Shown here: positions 56,802 to 64,000 of the stretch, in pieces
Layout of the letters: every line of letters starts with the position of its first letter
Position numbering within the stretch: the stretch's first letter is position 1
Source of the DNA: an uncultured delta proteobacterium
GTDB lineage: Bacteria > Myxococcota > B64-G9
NCBI GenBank assembly: GCA_963754925.1
Contig: CAVWHX010000004.1
Location: forward strand, 512,001-576,000
Length of the DNA: 64,000 nt
Direction: 5' to 3'
Translations under genes and position numbers: made by a program
The notes under the pieces: generated by a model
What the model was told of the DNA's origin: nothing
The model's input: only the letters and a program-made list of their open reading frames with translations
The model's database searches: none

Positions 56802-56820
56802 TGTATAGTAAAACTATACA
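56802..56820. promoter_or_regulatory. Putative enhancer (bEBP binding site)
   Basis: Perfect dyad TGTATAGT-AAA-ACTATACA about 160 bp upstream of the sigma-54 promoter. Confidence 0.6.
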
Positions 56821-56961
56821 TTGTATGAATCGTGTTTAAAATTGGAAATGATGATTTCTTGATTGATAAGTCGATTTAATTTATTGTTATTGAGCGGATA
56901 CGGTTTTTCCGGGGGCGAGCGGAAGGAAAGCTCGGCATAAGCTCATCGGGTCTCCTTCTGA

Positions 56962-56990
56962 TTGACATCACCTCGATCGAGGTTTAAATT
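56962..56990 (+). promoter_or_regulatory. Sigma-70 promoter with a 14-bp palindrome in the spacer
   Basis: TTGACA-17 nt-TAAATT; ACCTCGATCGAGGT at 56970-56983. Confidence 0.55.
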
Positions 56991-57056
56991 AGACAAATAA
57001 GATCCAGCGCATGGTTATAACCACAGCGCGACGCTGGATATAAGGAAGGAGTAACC

Positions 57057-57281
57057 GTGCCAATTTACGAATATACTTGCAAAAAATGTAAACACGATTT
57101 TGAGGTATTGCTTCTATCCAGCGATCAAAAAGTCATGTGTCCAAAGTGCAACGCCAAAAACCTAAAGAAACATTTTTCGGTCTTTGCTCATAAAAGCGAT
57201 TTTGGCTTCACCCCGAGTACGGGCGGAGGATCCGCCTGCGGTAGTTGCAGTTCGTCAAACTGCTCGGGTTGTAAGGTATAA
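57057..57281 (+). CDS. FmdB family zinc-ribbon protein
   Basis: MPIYEYTCKKCKHDFE...CPKC, C-terminal CGSCSSSNCSGC. Confidence 0.92.
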   Translation: MPIYEYTCKKCKHDFEVLLLSSDQKVMCPKCNAKNLKKHFSVFAHKSDFGFTPSTGGGSACGSCSSSNCSGCKV

Positions 57282-57519
57282 TCGCTTACGCCATAAGAGT
57301 ATCAACAGCATTCCCAGCCACAGTACCGGATCAAAGGAATAGGTTTGTTCGCACGCACAACCGCCATTTGTTCCGCTCAATTCCGTCAATTCTGAGTATC
57401 GATTACTGCTACCAGTACCCCCAAGTCGGAATACCCAAAAGCGTCCCGGGCCTGAGGCAGGCGGTAAGCACCAAACTCAACACAACCATCAAGCGAACAA
57501 TGCGCATGGTGTCCCTCAT
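57255..57519 (-). CDS. Small exported protein with MYXO-CTERM-like tail; needs a +1 frameshift near 57418-57422
   Basis: Signal-like MRIVRLMVVLSLVLTAC in one frame; GGCAC-spacer-PVLWLGMLLILLW-RKR in the next frame. Confidence 0.45.
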
Positions 57520-57609
57520 AATGGTACAGAGCGTGCTGATTAAGCAAAACGAGGTATGAAGACTCATTTGCCTTGATTTGGTCCGGCGGTACGGTATTAT
57601 CACCGCGCC

Positions 57610-58377
57610 ATGCAAACCTTCTCAAACATAGAAAAATGGGTGCTACGGGTGCTTGCCGAGTTAGGCGATTTCATGATTACCTCCGGCTTCGTTCTCATGG
57701 CATGCTTTACCCCTCCGTGGCGAATTTGGTTGATCGTTCAGCAGATGGAGTTCATCGGCGTGGGGTCGCTTCTTATCATCATACTGATGAGTATGTTCGC
57801 CGGCGGCGTTTTTACCCTTCAAACCGTCTACGCCCTATCGATGTTCAGTATGGAAAGCATGGTTGGCGCCACGGTCGCCTTGGCTTTGACCCGCGAGCTC
57901 TCGCCGGTCTTGAGTTCATTGATGATAACCGGCCGGGCGGGTTCTGCCATGGCAACTGAGCTTGGCACCATGCGGGTCACCGAGCAAATCGATGCGCTTG
58001 AATCCATGGCGGTCAATCCGCTTCAGTACTTAGTGGTCCCCCGGTTCATCGCATCGTTGATCATGTTCCCCGTCCTGACCATGGTGTCCAATTTAGTGGG
58101 CATGGTCGGATCATATGTTGTCGGCGTCATAATGTGGGGGATTGATCCGGGCAATTTTATAGAAAGGGTCAGGTGGTATGTTACCGCTCATGACATTTTT
58201 TCTGGGCTGATAAAATCGGTTGTTTTTGGAGGGGTTGTGACACTGGTGAGTTGTTTTAAGGGTTATCGAGCAGCCGGTGGAGCACGCGGTGTTGGGACTG
58301 CCACCACTCAGGCAGTTGTAATCAGTTCGGTCAGTATCATGATTATAGATTACTTTCTAACCGTGCTGATGTTTTAA
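57610..58377 (+). CDS. mlaE: MlaE family ABC transporter permease
   Basis: RELSPVL, GRAGSAMATELGTMRVTEQIDALESMAVNP, GGARGVGTATT. Confidence 0.95.
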   Translation: MQTFSNIEKWVLRVLAELGDFMITSGFVLMACFTPPWRIWLIVQQMEFIGVGSLLIIILMSMFAGGVFTLQTVYALSMFSMESMVGATVALALTRELSPVLSSLMITGRAGSAMATELGTMRVTEQIDALESMAVNPLQYLVVPRFIASLIMFPVLTMVSNLVGMVGSYVVGVIMWGIDPGNFIERVRWYVTAHDIFSGLIKSVVFGGVVTLVSCFKGYRAAGGARGVGTATTQAVVISSVSIMIIDYFLTVLMF

Positions 58378-58393
58378 CATCCAACCGATTTTG

Positions 58394-58598
58394 CTAGCTT
58401 CGTGGCAGGAGAAACATGATTAGTCCAAGAAGCGGTAGTAAAGCACCCATCAGTATGATCGGCAACGAGATAGGGACAACCTTTCGAGGAAACTTTAACT
58501 AAAGCGGTCTTACCGGCCGCCCACCCAACGAAGCACAGATACATTAAGGAGTAGAAAAAAAAGATTGATACTATGATCATCTGGGATGACTGTGGCAT
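58394..58598 (-). CDS. Possible small two-TM membrane protein (needs a +1 frameshift)
   Basis: Hydrophobic MIIVSIFFFYSLMYLCFVGW, then in the next frame PISLPIILMGALLPLLGLIMFLLPRS*. Confidence 0.25.
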
Positions 58599-58795
58599 CG
58601 TTGTTATTCTCGCTCACGGTTGCTCTTGATTTTCATGAGGAGCCTTTTACGGTATTTTGTGATGTTGATCGATACTCACTTAAGCGATACATTCTCCTAC
58701 GAATTAAAGACCTTGTCAATTGTTACATTGTCTGAGGTATTTAAAGTTGTTTTTACTAATACCTTCATATGGTTGCACATACAGGAGCTCATTTA

Positions 58796-59312
58796 ATGCC
58801 TTACCAACAACCATCGAACCATGCCCCGGTAGCGTTGGTGTTGGTTACGCCCGAGATTCCGGCCAACACCGGCAATATAGTACGTCTGTGCGCGGCGGCA
58901 GCCGTGCCGCTGCATCTGGTCGAACCATTGGGGTTTTCCCTGAGCGACCGCCTGGTTAAAAAGGGCCGGCCTGGATTACTGGCGTCACTGTCAGTTGACG
59001 ACACACCTCACCTTCGAGTCGCTGGAGGATCAACACCCGCAAACACGCTTTTTCTTTCTTTCGGCTCGGGCCGAGCGCTCAATTTATGAGTTAGCTCTGC
59101 GTTGGGGTGATTTTTTGGTGCTTGGCCCCGAAGCGCAGGGACTGTCAAGCCGCTTCTTGTCGCAACGCAACCGGAGGAAAAACCTGGTCGGTATCCCCAT
59201 GCCCGGCAATGTTCGCAGCCTAAATCTATCCACTGCCGCCGGGATTGTGGTGTACGAAGCGCTCCGCCAGCTTGGAGCGTTGGAGAAAACACATGCCCAT
59301 CCTCACGGTTGA
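58796..59312 (+). CDS. trmL: tRNA (cytidine(34)-2'-O)-methyltransferase; +1 frameshift in the A5 run at 58958-58962
   Basis: PEIPANTGNIVRLC; removing one A restores KRAGLDYW; GPE..GL, IPM..VRSLNLS..VYEALRQ. Confidence 0.92.
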
Positions 59313-60277
59313 CCATAATGCAGACGGGTTGAGGCTCGACAAGTTCCTGCGCACGGTTTTGCGAGGAATGCCGCTCAGCCACATCTACAAGCTTCTCCGC
59401 ACCCGGAAGGTGCGGGTCAACGGTAGACGCGCAAAGGCCGACCGGGTGCTGGCCGACGGCGATCGGGTGCTTCTGCACATGAGCACGGATCAGTTTACTC
59501 AAGATACGCGCCGACCCAAGCGCGTTTCTCGGAATGGACTTCGGCGTTATGTATGAAGACGAGCACCTGTTGGTCGTAGCCAAGCCGCCCTTCCTCCCGG
59601 TCCACCCCGGAGCCGGGCATGAAGGAAATTCGTTGATTGACCAGGTGCACGCCTATCTTGAGGTGAAGAACACTCCCGGGGGGTTTCGGCCGGCGCTTGC
59701 CCACCGTCTCGATCGCGATACTTCGGGTCTGCTGTTGATAGGCAAGAGCGCCGTGGCGCTGCGCCGACTCAATCGAATGCTACACACCGGAGAGATTGCG
59801 AAATACTATCTCGCTCTGGTGATGGGCGCGCCACAGCCGATGTCTGGGCAGTGGGAACTTGAGGTCATGCGCCGCGACCGACCGGGGTTTGCCCGTGACG
59901 AGCCCCGTGGACGCAAGGATAAACCCGGCCGTACCGCGTACCGAGTGGCCACCGAACGCCACATCAAAGACCGTGCACAGGGTACCCTCGCGGTCAGCCT
60001 CTTGGTGCTGCACCTACTTACCGGAAGGACCCATCAAATACGCAGCCATCTTTTCCAAGTCGGCCACCCCGTAGCCGGAGATCCGCGCTACGGCGATAGC
60101 GATTTCAACCTTTTGATGTCAGAAAAATACAACCTCCACCGTCAGTTCCTACATGCTTTCAAACTTGAGCTTACGCACCCGGTAACTGGTGGGAAGCTGC
60201 AGCTGGTGGCGCCCTACCCTGCCGATCTTGAGCCCATTACTTCTAAACTAAAGCTCGGAATTCCGGCAGCGTCTTAG
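59293..60277 (+). CDS. RluA family pseudouridine synthase with S4 domain (RluC-like); +1 frameshift near 59510-59535
   Basis: RLDKFL...KVRVNG S4 domain; YEDEHLLVVAKP, HRLDRDTSGL, TGRTHQIRSH, GDPRYG, FLHA. Confidence 0.9.
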
Positions 60278-60342
60278 CAACATAACCGATTTGCTCTTAC
60301 AATTATGTAATAGACCATTTCAGCTAATACAACGATTTTGTT

Positions 60343-61437
60343 TCACACCATCTGAAAGTGATAATCTACTTCCACTAGACACCCTTTAGTTCCAGGCCGA
60401 AACGAGTCAGTTTGCCGACCAGTTATATTGCTTTCCTCTTGATGAATCAGCTTGACCTTTCGTTGCGAAAAAATACTTGTTGCATGCAGCCCTTTACCCA
60501 TCCTTGCTGGTGAAAGCCCTTTCCCACCTAATCGTATTACTATGCTCGCCTTCTTAGTAAGCACCTGACCTAGAACTCGCCACATATCCGATATCAAATC
60601 CCAATATTTTTCTACGCACTCATGCCTGTCGTCTTTGGAAACAAGCCCATAAGTTGGATAAGGCATCCCTCCGAGAAACCAAAGACGAAGCCATTGATCC
60701 TCCTCGTAGTTCGTTACATTCAGATATGGTGGCGATGTCACCGCACATCGAATTGGCCTATCGAATGCTTCCGTTTTTCGGGGTAGCTCCCGCATATCGG
60801 TCAGAAGTACCACGCCTCGTTTTTTTGGTGGTTCGCTCTCGAATCGGAAGGCGGCACGCTTTCTAATTATGTCGAAGGAATCTCGTTCCGGCGCTGTTAG
60901 ACCTTTCTCCTCCCAATATTTGATAGAGTATGCCGGCTTTGTGCTTATAGTGCGTGGCATTTGATTGCTTAGGTAGGCATTGGATTTCTGACTTTCCCCG
61001 TGGAGAGAACCAAGCACTAGAGCGGCGATGAAGCAATCTACTTCAGACCGACGCCAGTTTAATGATTCGCGAAGGAAAAGCAGCTGCCGGAAGGTCCTTG
61101 GATGGAAAGCATAATAGAAGAACCTCGGCAGGGCCTTTCTTTGCGGCTCCCATTCGTCGCTCTGGAAACGCTTTTCGAGGATCGTGATTCTTCTTCGAAT
61201 ATCTGTCAGAGAAGGAGGGGTTACCTTGGCCTTCGTAATGCAATATGCTACGGGGTTTATATCACAAGCAATGGCCTCACGGTTCATAAGTAACGCTTGG
61301 AAAGGCGTGGTGCCGCGACCACAAAAAAGATCGAGGACCATCTCTCCAGGTTTTGTTAAAATACCAATCCATTTTTCAGCAAATGACTCCGGAAACATCG
61401 CAAAATACGGACAAATAGAGTGGAACCTATGGCGCAT
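60343..61437 (-). CDS. DNA amino-methyltransferase (SPPY, m4C-type)
   Basis: PYFAMFP, motif I VLDLFCGRGTT near the N-terminus, motif IV VTSPPY towards the C-terminus. Confidence 0.85.
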   Translation of the reverse strand: MRHRFHSICPYFAMFPESFAEKWIGILTKPGEMVLDLFCGRGTTPFQALLMNREAIACDINPVAYCITKAKVTPPSLTDIRRRITILEKRFQSDEWEPQRKALPRFFYYAFHPRTFRQLLFLRESLNWRRSEVDCFIAALVLGSLHGESQKSNAYLSNQMPRTISTKPAYSIKYWEEKGLTAPERDSFDIIRKRAAFRFESEPPKKRGVVLLTDMRELPRKTEAFDRPIRCAVTSPPYLNVTNYEEDQWLRLWFLGGMPYPTYGLVSKDDRHECVEKYWDLISDMWRVLGQVLTKKASIVIRLGGKGLSPARMGKGLHATSIFSQRKVKLIHQEESNITGRQTDSFRPGTKGCLVEVDYHFQMV

Positions 61438-61438
61438 T

Positions 61439-62401
61439 CTAGGTCTCTCTAATCTTCTTAAGAATATAGTTAGACCACGTCACCCACTTTTTCGAAAGGG
61501 ACCTATCTTCTTCGAAGACTAGTGCTGCAATACGGCACCGATCGAAAAGAATACCGCCATGCACGCATGTTTGAAACCAGTTCTTTTTATCTACCCTGTG
61601 CGGAACAAAAAAAGCTCGAACAGGCCACACGCTTGGTCTATCTGCCATCCATAATGTGCACCAATCCGTAGTCTGCGGTAATTCAGTCACTTTGCGATCC
61701 CAGTTATGTCCAGTGGCACACTGGCCAAAAGCGATCAGTTTGCCCTGCCGTCGGTCCTCAAATTCACGCCAGGCAACTACATCAAGTTTTCCATCCTTTT
61801 GATCGGGAAGCTTGGGGCGACCTGTGTGGTGTCCTTTACCTTCACCCATATGACTGCAAAGCTGGTTAAGCGCCGCCGCAAATCCTTTAGGTTCAAGTCT
61901 GCGCGGGAATCCGAAAACTATTGATCGCACTCTCGGGCTAGGCCCCCCAAGGTATGCTTCAGCTGCTTTGGCGCATATCTCTTCGAAAATTTTCTCACCA
62001 TCCAAGTCGTTCGGACCTACATCCTTACCGAACCATGAAAGCAGCGCCAGGAAGGTGTAAAGGCTCTTTTCCGGGTCCTTATGGTAAGCGACTGTACTCT
62101 CGCTTATGATAAAAGGATATCGGCTAGCATCACAACCACAGGACCTGTTTCGGTCATCCAATTCAGCAAAAGCGCCTTCTGCTAGTGCTTCCTGTCCAGG
62201 ATCACCCTCTTCTGGCTCTTTTTTGTCTTTGTCTTTGTCTTCGCCTTCTACTTCCTCACTAGCACAAGCAAGGTTGAGTTCACGCATATACTCGTAAATT
62301 GAAAAGCTACCCGCCGGACTTCGAAGTGCTGATAGTTCAAGGAAATCTGCGTGGTCTTCCACTGGGTCTGCTGCTGAAGGCAAGGTATCTACTTCTATCA
62401 T
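61439..62401 (-). CDS. Hypothetical protein with a restriction-endonuclease-like (PD-(D/E)xK, Mrr-like) motif
   Basis: FEEIC...KDGKLDVVAW...FGQCATG resembles the E...DxGxD...QCK pattern. Confidence 0.6.
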   Translation of the reverse strand: MIEVDTLPSAADPVEDHADFLELSALRSPAGSFSIYEYMRELNLACASEEVEGEDKDKDKKEPEEGDPGQEALAEGAFAELDDRNRSCGCDASRYPFIISESTVAYHKDPEKSLYTFLALLSWFGKDVGPNDLDGEKIFEEICAKAAEAYLGGPSPRVRSIVFGFPRRLEPKGFAAALNQLCSHMGEGKGHHTGRPKLPDQKDGKLDVVAWREFEDRRQGKLIAFGQCATGHNWDRKVTELPQTTDWCTLWMADRPSVWPVRAFFVPHRVDKKNWFQTCVHGGILFDRCRIAALVFEEDRSLSKKWVTWSNYILKKIRET

Positions 62402-62409
62402 TACAGACT

Positions 62410-63543
62410 TTACCCCTTGGACTTGTGTTTCTCTGAGGCCTTGTTTTCAGCCATCTCTCTCATTTCTTCATAGATCTTACCCGCAATTTGGTTGATATCT
62501 TTGGCTTTCTGAAGCAAATCCGAGTCGCCCCGGTAACCAGTAATAATCACTCCTCTGGCCTCTTTGAGTTTCTGCTCGGCCAGGACCATTGCTTCCCGCA
62601 GAAGCCGTTCATCTCCTCGACTTGCCTTCAATGAGGTTTCTAATGGTAATCCTGCACGGAGCGCTGCGATTCCGTTATGGCTCCGAATGACCTCGTCGAG
62701 ATGTCGAAGATCCGGATTCTGCGTGCGAACGACAGGCTCCTTCTCCTGCTTCTTGCTACCGTAAAGCCACAAACATAGCTCGCCAAGGTTGCTCAACTTG
62801 CTCTTGGGCACAGGGTCAGGTTTGTATCCCTCTTCCGATTTTAGTCCCAGAAACTCCTGAATCCCTCCGTAACCAAGACCAGTCCAGAAATGAGAATAGG
62901 CAAAACGGGTGTTCCACCTGTCGTCACGATCGAAGACACCAGTCTTCTCTGCTTGTTCTAGTACCATGAGTCCTCGGTAAAGCCTTGTCACCGTGTCATG
63001 ACGATCGCCAATTGTGTATGCGATTTTTTTAAGGGGCACTTTGTAATCGTTGTGGACTCTCGCAATGTATTTTGCTTTGGCAATGGAGTCCCAATCTTGC
63101 GGACCATTGACATGCTTGAATCCGATGTACTGCCAAACGTCCTGGCGACTACACTTGATGACCGGAAGCTCCTTAAGTTTATCTAATTCTGCTTTGTTCA
63201 GGTCTGGTATGCCCACCGCACCTATCCTTGAACGGAGGCCTTTTTCGTTGATTAGGAGCATCACTGCGGCTAAGCGCCTGTTACCCTCAACCACAACAAG
63301 TCTCCCACCTTCATTGACGGCAAATAATTCCTCGTGCGGCCAATAGCCATTTGTGGCAATCGAGTCCACAAGTTCATTGACCGCACGTTCCTTCCACAGG
63401 ACCCGTAAAATATCAGCTTGTTGGTCAATAGAAAGCGACAATCCAGCCATTCTGGGATTAGTTGGGTCGAGATAGAGATCAGCAGTTTTCACTGGCTCTG
63501 CTTGGGGAAAGGCTTGAGGCTTCCCGTTGCCTTTTTTTACCAT
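62410..63543 (-). CDS. ParB/Srx N-terminal domain protein
   Basis: LYLDPTNPR, LVDSIATNGY, VVVEGNRRLAA, HVNGPQDW, followed by an HTH-like segment. Confidence 0.8.
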   Translation of the reverse strand: MVKKGNGKPQAFPQAEPVKTADLYLDPTNPRMAGLSLSIDQQADILRVLWKERAVNELVDSIATNGYWPHEELFAVNEGGRLVVVEGNRRLAAVMLLINEKGLRSRIGAVGIPDLNKAELDKLKELPVIKCSRQDVWQYIGFKHVNGPQDWDSIAKAKYIARVHNDYKVPLKKIAYTIGDRHDTVTRLYRGLMVLEQAEKTGVFDRDDRWNTRFAYSHFWTGLGYGGIQEFLGLKSEEGYKPDPVPKSKLSNLGELCLWLYGSKKQEKEPVVRTQNPDLRHLDEVIRSHNGIAALRAGLPLETSLKASRGDERLLREAMVLAEQKLKEARGVIITGYRGDSDLLQKAKDINQIAGKIYEEMREMAENKASEKHKSKG

Positions 63544-63717
63544 ATAATAATTCCTTATCCTAAAGAACTAGTCCTTGGCCACATGAACTCAATTACGTTA
63601 GCTGCTTCATCTTGTTTAATATTCAATAGACCACTCACCAATAACTATGTCAACTGAATGCTTCCAGCACAAGATAGCACATCTGATACGATCCATTGAA
63701 CGGGTACACACCTGCGT

Positions 63718-64000
63718 TCAGATTTCCTTGCCGAGCTCTTCCTCTTCTTCGTGATCGGCAATCTCGATGACGCGATCCCCCTGGCTATCGGCCGCCGGCA
63801 GTTCCTGCACCTTGCGCAGTTTGCGCTCAATCGCCCGGCTGCGCGTAGCTGCTTCCCCAACGACGTTGCTTGCCTCCTGCAACTTCTTCTGAACTTTATC
63901 AATCACTCCGCCAAACTTACCGAATTCGCCCTTGACCTCCTCAAGCACTTTCCAAACCTCACTGGAACGCCTTTGGATCGCGAGCGTCCGGAACCCGGTC
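63718..64000 (-). CDS. rmuC: DNA recombination protein RmuC, 3' part (gene starts beyond the window)
   Basis: GFRTLAIQKRSSEVWKVL..VKGEFGKF...RSRAIERKLRKVQELP. Confidence 0.9.
   Translation of the reverse strand, partial: TGFRTLAIQRRSSEVWKVLEEVKGEFGKFGGVIDKVQKKLQEASNVVGEAATRSRAIERKLRKVQELPAADSQGDRVIEIADHEEEEELGKEI

Noticed and set aside
60278..63717. attC sites or direct repeats flanking the ParB-nuclease-MTase locus
   Set aside because: No RYYYAAC...GTTRRRY hairpin or duplicated sequence found by eye in either flank.

Overview
Bacterial chromosomal window, most likely from a myxobacterium-like deltaproteobacterium (RomR-like regulator next to valS-nadC, a MYXO-CTERM-like tail, a sigma-54 promoter). 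A housekeeping backbone (rsmD-coaD-aspC, purC, comEC, nadC, valS, mlaE, trmL, RluA family, rmuC) is interrupted by accessory blocks. (1) A DUF134/NifX cluster and an ArsR-led sulfur-oxyanion operon (octaheme OTR-like cytochrome, 7-heme cytochrome, cytochrome b, two YeeE, rhodanese). (2) A P-type H+-ATPase, an RND-MFP-TolC system, a porin and a GH38 hydrolase. (3) An 8-kb segment bounded by a perfect 64-bp duplication of the 3' end of the PPi-phosphofructokinase gene. It holds an integrase-less integron array: a duplicated 33-bp attI-like site, two clear attC sites, a GIY-YIG cassette and an IetAS-like AAA+S8 cassette. (4) A sigma-54-type operon of a REC/GcvH-like fusion plus hdrCBA. (5) An AT-richer three-gene ParB-like / restriction-fold / DNA methyltransferase locus, a candidate defence system. 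At least seven genes are broken by +1 frameshifts, which looks like sequencing or assembly insertion error. No tRNA, rRNA, CRISPR array, transposase or integrase was recognised. All family assignments come from motif recognition, not database searches.
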